This document shows positions 1 through 8,884 of a stretch of 32,000 nucleotides of DNA, piece by piece. Positions within the stretch are counted from its first letter, which is position 1. Each line of letters starts with the position of its first letter. Made by a program: the position numbers and the translations under genes. The stretch is from Candidatus Pseudoramibacter fermentans (GTDB taxonomy: Bacteria > Bacillota > Clostridia > Eubacteriales > Eubacteriaceae): contig VOGB01000004.1 in NCBI GenBank assembly GCA_009493725.1, positions 404,004 to 436,003 of the forward strand. Reading direction: 5' to 3'. The notes under the pieces are model-generated. The model saw only the letters and a program-made list of their open reading frames with translations. It had not been told where the DNA came from and did not search any database.

Positions 1-1166
1 TGAACGACCGTCAGCTGAGAAACATCGTCGACGGTCTCGGCGGAAAGAAAAACGGCGTGCCTCGCGAAGACGGCTTCGATATCACCGTCGCCTCAGAAAT
101 CATGGCGGTGCTCTGCCTGGCAACGTCTATTCCGGATTTGAAGGCGCGTTTGGGCCGGATGATTATCGGCTACACCCGTGACGACAAGCCGGTTACCGCC
201 GCAGATTTGAAGGCGCAGGGCGCAATGACAGCGCTTTTGAAGGATGCCCTCAAACCAAACTTGGTGCAGTCTCTCGAAGGCACACCGGCCTTTATCCACG
301 GCGGCCCGTTTGCCAACATCGCCCACGGCTGCAACAGTGTCATGGCGACGAGAATGGCGATGAACTTAGGCGATTACGCCATTACGGAAGCCGGATTCGG
401 CGCAGACCTCGGCGCTGAAAAATTCTTTGATATCAAGTGCCGCGCGGCTGGCCTCCACCCGAGTGCTGTGGTCGTCGTCGCGACAGTCCGCGCTCTCAAA
501 CACCACGGCGGCGTTGCGGTCAAAGATCTCAACGAAGAAAACCTCGACGCCCTCAAAAAAGGCCTGCCGAACCTGCTTCAGCATGTGGCGAATATTAAGG
601 ATGTCTATCATCTGCCCTGTGTGGTGGCGATCAACGCTTTCCCGACAGACACGAGGGCAGAGCTGGATCTGGTCGAAGCGGAATGCAAGCAGCTCGGCGT
701 CAACGCGGTCTTATCCGAAGTCTGGGCTAAAGGCGGAGAAGGCGGCATCGCGCTGGCCGAAGAAGTGGTCAAGCTCTGTGAAGAACCGAACGATTTTTCA
801 TATGCCTACGACACCAACGATTCAATCGAAGATAAACTCGACGCCATTGCCAAGAAGATTTACCACGCAGACGGCGTCGATTTGACTGCGGATGCCCGTC
901 AGCAGATGGAACAGCTTGAAGCGCTCGGCTTTTCTAATCTGCCAATCTGCATGGCGAAAACCCAATACTCATTCTCAGACGATGCGTCTCTGCTTGGCGC
1001 ACCGAAGGGCTTTAGAATCACTGTCCGCAATATTAAGGTCTCCTCGGGCGCTGGCTTTATCGTCGCGCTGACCGGCGACATTATGACGATGCCAGGGCTA
1101 CCGAAGGTGCCGGCCGCAGAAAACATTGACGTCGATGAAACCGGCAAAATCACGGGACTGTTCTAA
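1..1166 (+). CDS. fhs: Formate--tetrahydrofolate ligase (FTHFS), C-terminal part; 5' end outside window
   Basis: Frame 3 is open from the window edge ([36 protein letters not shown]...), so the track start at GTG 57 is internal. The translation has FTHFS-type blocks ([45 protein letters not shown]). Stop TAA at 1164-1166. Confidence 0.95.
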   Translation, partial: NDRQLRNIVDGLGGKKNGVPREDGFDITVASEIMAVLCLATSIPDLKARLGRMIIGYTRDDKPVTAADLKAQGAMTALLKDALKPNLVQSLEGTPAFIHGGPFANIAHGCNSVMATRMAMNLGDYAITEAGFGADLGAEKFFDIKCRAAGLHPSAVVVVATVRALKHHGGVAVKDLNEENLDALKKGLPNLLQHVANIKDVYHLPCVVAINAFPTDTRAELDLVEAECKQLGVNAVLSEVWAKGGEGGIALAEEVVKLCEEPNDFSYAYDTNDSIEDKLDAIAKKIYHADGVDLTADARQQMEQLEALGFSNLPICMAKTQYSFSDDASLLGAPKGFRITVRNIKVSSGAGFIVALTGDIMTMPGLPKVPAAENIDVDETGKITGLF

Positions 1167-1167
1167 G

Positions 1168-2019
1168 ATGGCCGTTGAGTACACAGCAAAGGCCGTGAAC
1201 GCCGGCATTCAGGAAAGCTGGCAGTCGGATTTGAAAGCCTTGGCCGACCGCGGTATCAAGCCTACTCTGGCGACAGTGCGCATCGGCCACAAGGGCGCGG
1301 ACATTTCCTACGAAAAGGGTGCTACGAAAACAATGCAGAAGTACGGGATCGGCGTCAAGAACATCGTGCTGGATCCCCAGCCGTCAGAAGAGGCGGTCAT
1401 CGCACAGATCGAGGCGCTCAATCAGGATCCGACGGTTCACGGCATTCTGCTGTTTCAGCCGCTGCCGGAGGGTTACGACGACAAGCGGGTCATTCAAGCG
1501 ATCGATCCGAAAAAGGACGTCGACGGCGCAACCGATCAGAATCTGTCGGACACCTTGTCCGGCAGATTGGACGGCTTTGCGTACTGCGCGCCGGAGGCGG
1601 TGATGGCATTGCTCGACCATTATCAAATCGACGTGTACGGCAAGCGCGTAGTCATCATCGGGTGCGGCATTGTGGTGGGCCGCCCTCTGGCGAGTATACT
1701 GCTCAAACGGCGTGCGACAGTGACGATGTGCAATACCGGGACCCGCGATTTAGCAGGTGTCGCCAGAGGCGCGGAGATCTTGATCGCGGCGACGGGCCGC
1801 ATCCACATGGTCACAAAGGATTTCGTCAGCCCCGGGCAGATCGTCATCGACGTAGGGACAACCTTTCAGGACGGTAAGCTCTACGGCGATGTGGATCTCG
1901 ATGAGGTGGCGCCGATCGTCGATGCGGTGACCCCGACGCCGGGCGGTGTCAGCGGGATCACATCTACAATTTTGGCGAAGCACGTCATTACTGCGGCAGT
2001 AAAACTTAATAAAGCGTGA
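1168..2019 (+). CDS. folD: Methylenetetrahydrofolate dehydrogenase of the FolD family, possibly dehydrogenase-only (see findings)
   Basis: Track ORF 1126-2019. I prefer ATG 1168, one nt after the fhs stop, giving MAVEYTAKAV... FolD-like blocks are present: HGILLFQPLP, KDVDG, VVIIGCGIVVGRP, VIDVG, PGGVSGIT. The upstream 14 codons overlap the fhs C-terminus. Confidence 0.88.
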   Translation: MAVEYTAKAVNAGIQESWQSDLKALADRGIKPTLATVRIGHKGADISYEKGATKTMQKYGIGVKNIVLDPQPSEEAVIAQIEALNQDPTVHGILLFQPLPEGYDDKRVIQAIDPKKDVDGATDQNLSDTLSGRLDGFAYCAPEAVMALLDHYQIDVYGKRVVIIGCGIVVGRPLASILLKRRATVTMCNTGTRDLAGVARGAEILIAATGRIHMVTKDFVSPGQIVIDVGTTFQDGKLYGDVDLDEVAPIVDAVTPTPGGVSGITSTILAKHVITAAVKLNKA

Positions 2020-2036
2020 CGATTGGAGAATAGTTT

Positions 2037-2687
2037 TTGTCAGAAGAAAAAGAATTAATTCAAAGAAGCTGCGCGTCTTTTGCGGATATTCTGGCCTCAA
2101 AATCAGCAGTTCCTGGCGGCGGTGGTGCGGCGGCACTGGTCGGCGCCCTCGGGTCTGCCCTCGGGATGATGTATTTAAATTTAAGCATCGGCAAGAAAAA
2201 GTACGCACAGCACGAAGCTGATTTTCAGAAGAAGGTTGAGGATCTCGGCGCCATCAAAGACGAGCTGCTGAGCTGTGTCGAAGAGGATGCGGCGGCCTTT
2301 AGGCCGCTGGCCAAGGCGTACAGCATGCCGAAAGACACAGAAGTTGAACGGGAACGCTACCGGGAAACGCTGGAAACCGCGTTGTACACGGCCTGCGGTG
2401 TCCCTGAAAAAATCATGGATTTGTGCGAAGAGGCGCTGGACGCGATCGAAGCTGTCGCAGGGAAGGGCAGCGAGTTAGCGAAAAGCGACGCGGCAGCTGC
2501 GGCGATGCTCTGCATGGCGGCACTCAACGCCGCCCATTTGAATGTGCTCATCAACACGACCAGCATGTCCAATCGCGTGGAAGCAGAGGCCATCACCGAC
2601 CGATGCGACAGCAAATTGATGCGCAACAATATTAAAGCCTCGGAGCTGATTGACGAACTCCGGGATGAAATCAGACAGTCCAAATAA
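2037..2687 (+). CDS. fchA: Methenyl-THF cyclohydrolase / formimino-THF cyclodeaminase family protein (FTCD_C-like, FchA-type)
   Basis: TTG start at 2037 with GGAGA about 9 nt upstream. The N-terminus FADILASKSAVPGGGGAAALVGALGSALGMM is the hallmark of the all-helical cyclodeaminase/cyclohydrolase domain. It sits directly after fhs-folD. Confidence 0.82.
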   Translation: MSEEKELIQRSCASFADILASKSAVPGGGGAAALVGALGSALGMMYLNLSIGKKKYAQHEADFQKKVEDLGAIKDELLSCVEEDAAAFRPLAKAYSMPKDTEVERERYRETLETALYTACGVPEKIMDLCEEALDAIEAVAGKGSELAKSDAAAAAMLCMAALNAAHLNVLINTTSMSNRVEAEAITDRCDSKLMRNNIKASELIDELRDEIRQSK

Positions 2688-2695
2688 AGCAGGGG

Positions 2696-3448
2696 ATGTT
2701 TATGGATCAAAAGGAAGTTTATAAGCTCCTCGAACAGGTGAAATCCGGGGAGATATCGATTGATCAGGCGGTTCTGGATTTGAAAGAAGCGCCCTATCAG
2801 GATATCGGTTACGCGAAAATAGACACACACCGCGGTTTGAGACAGGGGATCCCGGAGGTCATTTACGGTGCCGGCAAGACGGCCGATCAAATTATCGGGA
2901 TCGTCAAAGAAATGACGTCGCACCATCAGAAGAACGTCATGATCACCCGGGTGAGCCCGGAAAAGGCTCAGCGCATTTGCGAAGAAGTCCCGATGATTTA
3001 CCACGAGCTGGCGCGATTTGGCCAGGTCGGCGAAATGCCTGAAAAGACCGGCAAAGGCCGCATCTTGGTGGTGACCGGCGGGACCAGCGATCTGCCAGTA
3101 TCCGAAGAGGCGGCGCTGACTGCTGAAATGCTCGGCAATACGGTGGATCGGCTTTACGACGTCGGCGTTTCCGGCCTGCACCGTCTGCTCGATCATCTCG
3201 ACGACATTATGAACGCGCGGGTCATTGTGGCGGCCGCCGGCATGGAAGGGGCTTTGGCCAGCGTCGTCGGCGGACTGGCAGACTGCCCGGTCATTGCCGT
3301 CCCGACTTCGGTGGGGTACGGCGCCTCGTTCGGCGGATTGTCGGCGCTTTTGTCGATGCTCAACTCCTGCGCGAGCGGTGTCAGTGTGGTGAATATCGAC
3401 AATGGCTTTGGCGCCGGCTATTTGGCCAGCATGATCAATCATATATAA
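2696..3448 (+). CDS. larB: LarB-type PurE-like carboxylase/hydrolase (nickel-pincer cofactor biosynthesis protein LarB family)
   Basis: 250 aa. The N-terminal extension (EISIDQAVLDLKEAPYQDIGYAKIDTHRGLRQGIPEVIYGAGKT) plus a PurE-like core (ILVVTGGTSDLPVSEEA..., AAAGMEGALASVVGGL, VIAVPTSVGYG) is typical of LarB. ATG 2702 is an equally good start, since AGGGG at 2691-2695 is better spaced for it. Confidence 0.82.
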   Translation: MFMDQKEVYKLLEQVKSGEISIDQAVLDLKEAPYQDIGYAKIDTHRGLRQGIPEVIYGAGKTADQIIGIVKEMTSHHQKNVMITRVSPEKAQRICEEVPMIYHELARFGQVGEMPEKTGKGRILVVTGGTSDLPVSEEAALTAEMLGNTVDRLYDVGVSGLHRLLDHLDDIMNARVIVAAAGMEGALASVVGGLADCPVIAVPTSVGYGASFGGLSALLSMLNSCASGVSVVNIDNGFGAGYLASMINHI

Positions 3449-3473
3449 AAATATACGCTGACAATTCTTAAAG

Positions 3474-3508
3474 AGCCGTAATTCAAACTTTACGGCTTTT
3501 TATTTTTG
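3474..3508 (+). terminator. Rho-independent terminator after larB
   Basis: 8-bp stem AGCCGTAA (3474-3481) / TTACGGCT (3490-3497), 8-nt loop, followed by TTTTTATTTTT. Confidence 0.8.
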
Positions 3509-3535
3509 CATTAAAATAATGGGGCCATTAATCTG

Positions 3536-3544
3536 TGGTATAAT
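3536..3544 (+). promoter_or_regulatory. Extended -10 promoter element (TGgTATAAT) upstream of rsmH, candidate dcw promoter
   Basis: TGGTATAAT at 3536-3544, 33 nt upstream of the rsmH ATG and just downstream of the larB terminator. There is no good -35 at 17-bp spacing (TTGCAT at 3506-3511 is too far). Confidence 0.5.
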
Positions 3545-3577
3545 GTTTTAATAATTTTCAATTTTTGGAGCTGAAAG

Positions 3578-4537
3578 ATGAAATCAAAGGACCAACATAT
3601 CAGCGTACTGCTCAACGAAACCATCGACGCCTTAAACGTGAAGCCCGACGGCTGTTACGTCGACTGCACGCTGGGCGGCGGCGGACATTCGGAGCAGATC
3701 GCCGGGCGTTTGTCCGATCAAGGCCGGCTGATCGGCATCGATCAGGACGATTACGCCATCGCCAGAGCCGAGAAGCGTCTTTCGAGCTATCCGTGCCGTA
3801 AGGATTTCGTCCGAGATAATTTCGTCCACCTTCCGGCCATTCTCGATGCACTTCAGATTTCGGCTGTGGACGGTGTCGTCTTTGACCTCGGCGTGTCGTC
3901 TTTTCAGTTCGACCAGCCGGAGCGAGGCTTTTCCTATCACCATGACGGTCCCCTCGATATGCGGATGGACCGGCAGCAGGCATTAACCGCCGCGGATGTG
4001 GTCAATACCTACTCGGAACAGGCGCTCAAGCAGGTGATTTTCGAATACGGAGAAGATAAATTGGCCGGCCGTATCGCGAGAGCGATTGTCAGCCGGAGAA
4101 AGACGCAGCCGTTTCGGCGGACGCTGGATTTAGCCGATGTGATTCGGGATGCCACGCCTGAAAAATTCAGACGAAAGGGTCATCCGGCTAAAAAGACATT
4201 TCAAGCGCTGCGCATCGAAGTCAACGGCGAGCTGAGAATTTTGACCCAGGCCGTCAAAAATGCGATCGACCGGACGAAACCGGGCGGACGCATCTGTGTC
4301 ATTACCTTTCACTCGCTGGAGGACCGGCAGATCAAGCAGCTGTTCAACGAGCAGGCCGACCCCTGCATTTGTCCGCCGGAATTTCCGGTGTGCGTCTGCG
4401 GCAGAAAACCTACAATAAAAAAGATAACGCGCAAGCCTATCGCCCCATCAGCTGAAGAAGTGCAGGACAACAGGCGGGCGAGAAGCGCCAAGCTCAGGGT
4501 CGCAGAGCGTCTGGAACGCGAAGAAACTAAAGGATAA
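3578..4537 (+). CDS. rsmH: 16S rRNA (cytosine1402-N4)-methyltransferase RsmH (MraW)
   Basis: HISVLLNETIDAL..., DCTLGGGGHS, DLGVSSFQFD, GPLDMRMD, ITFHSLEDR and RRARSAKLRVAE are all RsmH signatures. GGAG lies 7 nt upstream of ATG 3578. It is the first gene of the dcw cluster. Confidence 0.96.
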   Translation: MKSKDQHISVLLNETIDALNVKPDGCYVDCTLGGGGHSEQIAGRLSDQGRLIGIDQDDYAIARAEKRLSSYPCRKDFVRDNFVHLPAILDALQISAVDGVVFDLGVSSFQFDQPERGFSYHHDGPLDMRMDRQQALTAADVVNTYSEQALKQVIFEYGEDKLAGRIARAIVSRRKTQPFRRTLDLADVIRDATPEKFRRKGHPAKKTFQALRIEVNGELRILTQAVKNAIDRTKPGGRICVITFHSLEDRQIKQLFNEQADPCICPPEFPVCVCGRKPTIKKITRKPIAPSAEEVQDNRRARSAKLRVAERLEREETKG

Positions 4538-4539
4538 AT

Positions 4540-5028
4540 ATGCCAAACGCGAATCAAAGTCATCCGAAAAGATCCCGATCAAAATCTCAAACAGTGAAAT
4601 CCCGGGGAAAACAGACACAGACAAAGCCGCCCCGCGCATCCCATCGGCGCAGAAAATCTGGAAAAAGGCGCCGCTCTGGCAGAAAGCTCAGGCCAGATGT
4701 GCTGATCATTATTGTGGTCTTTGCCATTGCCTTTGGGGCATTGATTCAGCAGGCCGCTATTTTGAGACTCGATCGGCAGATCAGTAATCTTCAAGATCAG
4801 GTCAACACCCAGAAATCCCTCAACGATTCGAAGGAAGGGAAAATCGTCAGCTCTCACAATCTTGCGAAAATTGAAAAAAAGGCGCGAAGCTACGGGATGA
4901 GCGAGCCGAAGGCAGATCAATACGTCTACATGGTCCCGAAGCATCAGAAAAAACAGAAAACAAATTTCGATTATCTAATCGATTGGTTTAAGGCGAAACT
5001 TTCGAAATATGGAATCATCAAGAAATAA
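4540..5028 (+). CDS. ftsL: FtsL-like cell division protein (polybasic tail, single TM helix, coiled-coil/septum-formation-initiator-like ectodomain)
   Basis: It sits in the canonical position between rsmH and the class B PBP. One hydrophobic segment (VLIIIVVFAIAFGALI) is followed by a heptad-like stretch LRLDRQISNLQDQVNTQKSL. AAAGGA lies 5 nt upstream of the ATG. The call rests on position and topology; there is little sequence conservation to read. Confidence 0.7.
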   Translation: MPNANQSHPKRSRSKSQTVKSRGKQTQTKPPRASHRRRKSGKRRRSGRKLRPDVLIIIVVFAIAFGALIQQAAILRLDRQISNLQDQVNTQKSLNDSKEGKIVSSHNLAKIEKKARSYGMSEPKADQYVYMVPKHQKKQKTNFDYLIDWFKAKLSKYGIIKK

Positions 5029-7462
5029 AAAAACCACTCACAAATCAAAAAAAAGTGGCCAGGAGCCGCTGACACCAGCCGCGAAGCAGCGGCGCCTGCA
5101 AAATAGACGCGTGGCCTTTATCTTGGTCATTTTTCTCATTCTCGCGGCGGTCATTGTCGGCAAACTGGTTTATCTGCAGATCATCGATTCGTCAGATCAA
5201 TACGCAAGACAAGTCGATCAGGTTGTCGATCAGGTTCAGGTGCAGGCCTCCCGCGGCAACATCTACGACCGCAACGGGAACATCCTGGCTCAGGATTCGT
5301 CGGCGAAAGCCGTCTACATTATCCCGTCTGAAATCACAGACGAAGATAAACTGGTTAAGGAATTGGCCAAAAAGCTCGACTTGAAGGAAGAGAGCCTGAG
5401 GAAAAAAGCGGAAAAGCTTGAGAATGACTACGTTATCGTCAAGAACAGCATCTCGGCGAGTGAAGGACAGCGCGCCCACGCCCTCGACCGCGACGGCTTG
5501 AAATACCGGGACGGCACGCTCTACGCTTATCCGGACAAAATCGACGACGCGAAGTCCACGGCGAAGGCGCTGGCGGCGATTTTTGACAACCTGTCCTACA
5601 AAACAGCCCTTGGCTACTTGACGGAAAAAGAAAATTCAGCGGTTTTGATCAAAAGCCAGGTGGACAATTCGCTGGCGAACAAAATTCTCAAGGACATGAC
5701 CGTGAAGAAAAACGGCGAGGTTCAGTCGACCAATGGGGTTGAGCTCATCGACGACAGCCGCCGCTATTACACCAACGGTAATTTTGCGTCCTACGTTCTG
5801 GGATTTACAAACCAAAACTATCAAGGCGTCAGCGGTGTGGAAAGCACGTACAACAGCTGGCTCTCAGGTCAAAATGGTCTGGCTTATCTCCAGAAGGACG
5901 CGTCAGGCAACACACTGCCGTCCTTGACCAAGGTGGTCAAGCAGCCGAAAAAGGGCAAGGATCTGGTCCTGACCATCGACAGCAATATTCAGATCATGGC
6001 TGAAAAGGCTCTGAACGAATCGATCAAGGAATGGAAGGCCAAACGCGGCACGGCGATCGTCATGGATGTGGATACGGGTGAAATCCTGGCGATGGCGACG
6101 AAGCCGGATTACGATTTAAACAACCCTTACACGTTAAACAAAACCTACGCCAAGAATTACAGCGACCAGCTCGACGGCAAGTCCAATGCCGACAAGCTGA
6201 ATCTCATGTGGAGCAATCCGGCTGTCAGCTTTACTTACGAGCCGGGCTCGACCTTCAAGCCGATCACGGCTTCATCCGCCTTTGAAGAAGGGGCGATTTC
6301 GCCGTCGGACAAGGTGGTCTGCAATGGATCAATTAACATCGACGGTGTGACGATCAATTGTACTGCGACCCACGGCGTTCAAACTGCGGCTGAAGCGGTT
6401 TCAAATTCGTGCAACCCTGGTCTGGTGCAGATCATTCAGAAGCTTGATCCTACGCTGTTCTACCGTTACGCCTACGATTATGGCTTTGGTAAGACCACCG
6501 GGATCGAACTGCCGGGTGAAGAAGCCGGTGTGATGACGCGTGTATTTAAATCGGGCAATTCGATTAATCTACTCGACTATTCAAACCTGTCCTTTGGACA
6601 GGGGTTGATGACGACGCCAATTCAGCTATTGAGTGCGCTGAACAGCGTCATCAATAACGGGCATTATATGCGCCCGACGGTGATCTCGTCTCAAAATAAG
6701 GGCATCAGCTCTAATGCGTCGACGAGCGCTTCAAAGCAGATTATTTCCAAGGCGACGTCAAAGGAAATGCGTCAGATCATGGAAAAGGTGGTCACCAATA
6801 ACCCGGAACTCGCGTCATTGGCTGGTGATTACAGCATCGGCGGAAAGACCGGGACGGCACAGAAAGTTGAAAACGGCGAATACTCCCACTCGAAACACGT
6901 GACATCCTTCTTTGGATTTACGCCGGTCAAGAACCCGAAATACGCAGTCCTGGTGGTCATCGATGAAGCCCAGAGCGGCGCGTACGGCGCCCAGTCGGCG
7001 GCGCCGGCGGCGATCAAGATCCTGCAGCAGACGTCAGATTACATGAACCCGAGCAGCAAATCGTCGACCAAGATGACGAAAAACACGGTGACGGTTCCGG
7101 ACGTCACAGGACAGGAAGTGGAATTTGCCAAAGAAATCCTGAAGGAAAAGGGCATCACTTACAAAGTGGACGACAGTGCCGGCGGCAGTGTTGTGGTTTC
7201 CCAAAGCTTGAAGGCTAAATCGACGTACAAGAGCGGCAAGACGATGGTACTGGTGACCGGGAAGAGCGCGGACGACACCAACGCGAAGGTCACCGTTCCG
7301 GATTTATCCGGCATGAATATTCAGGAGGCCAATGAAATTTTGACGGGACTTGGCCTGAAAATAAAAGTCAAAGGCTCAGGCTTTGCGGTGAGCCAGAACC
7401 CGAAAGCAGGGACGAAGGTCAACCGTAATTCGAAGGTTACCGTGACCTTTAAACAAAAATAA
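5009..7462 (+). CDS. Class B penicillin-binding protein (FtsI/PBP2B/SpoVD type transpeptidase) with two C-terminal PASTA domains
   Basis: N-terminal TM anchor, then SxxK (GSTFKP), SxN (VSNSCN) and KTG (GGKTGTA) motifs. Two PASTA-like repeats follow (VTVPDVTGQEVEFAKEILKEKGI..., VTVPDLSGMNIQEANEILTGLGL...). Overlaps the ftsL end by 20 nt. Confidence 0.92.
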   Translation: MESSRNKKTTHKSKKSGQEPLTPAAKQRRLQNRRVAFILVIFLILAAVIVGKLVYLQIIDSSDQYARQVDQVVDQVQVQASRGNIYDRNGNILAQDSSAKAVYIIPSEITDEDKLVKELAKKLDLKEESLRKKAEKLENDYVIVKNSISASEGQRAHALDRDGLKYRDGTLYAYPDKIDDAKSTAKALAAIFDNLSYKTALGYLTEKENSAVLIKSQVDNSLANKILKDMTVKKNGEVQSTNGVELIDDSRRYYTNGNFASYVLGFTNQNYQGVSGVESTYNSWLSGQNGLAYLQKDASGNTLPSLTKVVKQPKKGKDLVLTIDSNIQIMAEKALNESIKEWKAKRGTAIVMDVDTGEILAMATKPDYDLNNPYTLNKTYAKNYSDQLDGKSNADKLNLMWSNPAVSFTYEPGSTFKPITASSAFEEGAISPSDKVVCNGSINIDGVTINCTATHGVQTAAEAVSNSCNPGLVQIIQKLDPTLFYRYAYDYGFGKTTGIELPGEEAGVMTRVFKSGNSINLLDYSNLSFGQGLMTTPIQLLSALNSVINNGHYMRPTVISSQNKGISSNASTSASKQIISKATSKEMRQIMEKVVTNNPELASLAGDYSIGGKTGTAQKVENGEYSHSKHVTSFFGFTPVKNPKYAVLVVIDEAQSGAYGAQSAAPAAIKILQQTSDYMNPSSKSSTKMTKNTVTVPDVTGQEVEFAKEILKEKGITYKVDDSAGGSVVVSQSLKAKSTYKSGKTMVLVTGKSADDTNAKVTVPDLSGMNIQEANEILTGLGLKIKVKGSGFAVSQNPKAGTKVNRNSKVTVTFKQK

Positions 7463-7486
7463 TCACAAGGAAAGAAGGCAGATGTA

Positions 7487-8848
7487 ATGGGATTTAAACC
7501 ATGGACAGCAGAAGAGGCTGCGCAGATTGTAGGCGGAAAAATAACAGAAGGTGACGGCACGCAGCCGATTACCGGCGTGGTGATCGACAGTCGGATTGTG
7601 AAAGCTGGCGATCTTTACGTGCCGATTATCGGAGAAAACAACGACGGCCACCGTTTTATTAAAGCGGCCTGCGCAGCTGGCGCATCGGCGTATCTGTGCG
7701 ACACAGATCATCAGGATCAGATCAGCGTAGCGGGTGCCGTTAAAATTGTCGTGGCCTCCACGATGGAAGCGCTTAGACAGCTGGCGGCGGCCAACCGCGC
7801 ACGGTACGATATTCCAGTCGTCGCGGTGACTGGCTCCGCCGGAAAAACGACGACGAAGGATTTGATCGCCTCGGTGCTTGGCGTAAAGAAGCACGTCATG
7901 AAGACGCAGGGGAATTTCAACAACGAGATCGGCGTACCGCTGACACTTTTTCAGCTCACACCTGAACACGAGGCTGCAGTCGTCGAAATGGGGATGAACC
8001 ATTTAAAGGAAATTCACCGTTCAATTTTTGAAGTGAAGCCCCACATTGGGGTCATTACCAATATTGGCTCGGCCCATCTGGAAAATCTCGGTTCCAAGGA
8101 CAACACCCTTAAAGCGAAAAAGGAAATCCTCGAGACCATGGGACCAGACGATATTGCACTGGTCAATGGCGACGATCCTTACCTCCGGAAAGTTGTGTCC
8201 GATCCTTACCGCGTGATGCGCATCGGGATTCATCAGGCGGATGTGGATTTCCTCGCTGAAAACATCAGCCAGGACGCGGCGGGATCGACCTTTACGGTCC
8301 GCGGCAGCCAGTATCATTTCAGATATCCCGGCGAACACAACATCTACAACTGTCTAATGGCCATTGGCGTCGGACTGATCTACCATTACACGCCAGAAGA
8401 AATTCAGGCAGGGATGGACGCCTTTGTACCGAGCGGCAACCGGATGAAGCGGGAAGAAATCGCCGGCCTTCACGTGATTGACGATTCTTACAACGCCAAT
8501 CCGGAATCGGTCAAAGCGGCGCTGAACACCATATCGGCACAGGCGGACGGCCGCGTCGTTGCCGTTTTGGGCGATATGCTCGAAATCGGGAAGGACAGTG
8601 CGGCAAAACACCGGGAAGTCGGTGCGTACGCAGCGAAAAAGGCGGCCGTCGTCATTGCCGTTGGGCCGCTTTCTGAAAATACGGCACAGGGCGCGGAAAA
8701 TAACGGCGCGGAAGTTTACCGTGCGGAAAACGCTGACGCGGCAGCTGAAATTTTGAAGGCTGTAGCAAAGCCGAGGGATACCGTTTTGCTGAAGGCCTCC
8801 CACAGCATGAACATCGGCAGTGTCGCAGATCGATTAAAATCAAATTAA
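7487..8848 (+). CDS. murF: UDP-N-acetylmuramoyl-tripeptide--D-alanyl-D-alanine ligase
   Basis: VIDSRIVKAGDLYVPIIGENNDGHRF, P-loop VTGSAGKTTTKD, NFNNEIGVPLT, DDSYNANP and the C-terminal LLKASHSM. The 453-aa length fits MurF rather than MurE. Confidence 0.9.
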   Translation: MGFKPWTAEEAAQIVGGKITEGDGTQPITGVVIDSRIVKAGDLYVPIIGENNDGHRFIKAACAAGASAYLCDTDHQDQISVAGAVKIVVASTMEALRQLAAANRARYDIPVVAVTGSAGKTTTKDLIASVLGVKKHVMKTQGNFNNEIGVPLTLFQLTPEHEAAVVEMGMNHLKEIHRSIFEVKPHIGVITNIGSAHLENLGSKDNTLKAKKEILETMGPDDIALVNGDDPYLRKVVSDPYRVMRIGIHQADVDFLAENISQDAAGSTFTVRGSQYHFRYPGEHNIYNCLMAIGVGLIYHYTPEEIQAGMDAFVPSGNRMKREEIAGLHVIDDSYNANPESVKAALNTISAQADGRVVAVLGDMLEIGKDSAAKHREVGAYAAKKAAVVIAVGPLSENTAQGAENNGAEVYRAENADAAAEILKAVAKPRDTVLLKASHSMNIGSVADRLKSN

Positions 8849-8884
8849 GACCAGTCAAACCAAAGAATAAGGAGTATTTATATT

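Noticed and set aside
2357-3442. 361-aa minus-strand ORF antisense to fchA and larB.
   Set aside because: Arg/Ala/His-rich, low-complexity translation with no recognisable motifs. It lies entirely opposite two well-supported plus-strand genes and has no SD or promoter. This is a typical frame shadow in GC3-rich coding DNA.
3449-3577. Possible hidden mraZ gene or MraZ operator repeats upstream of rsmH.
   Set aside because: There is no ORF of useful size in any frame. Only a single GTGG occurs, within the -10 region, rather than a series of spaced GTGGG-type repeats.
7463-8002. 179-aa minus-strand ORF at the PBP/murF junction. Similar minus-strand ORFs occur at 8354-8803, 8855-9319, 10262-10744, 13843-14346, 20839-21519, 22674-23279 and 23567-24157.
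   Set aside because: All are antisense to confidently identified plus-strand genes, lack motifs and ribosome-binding sites, and have shadow-frame composition.
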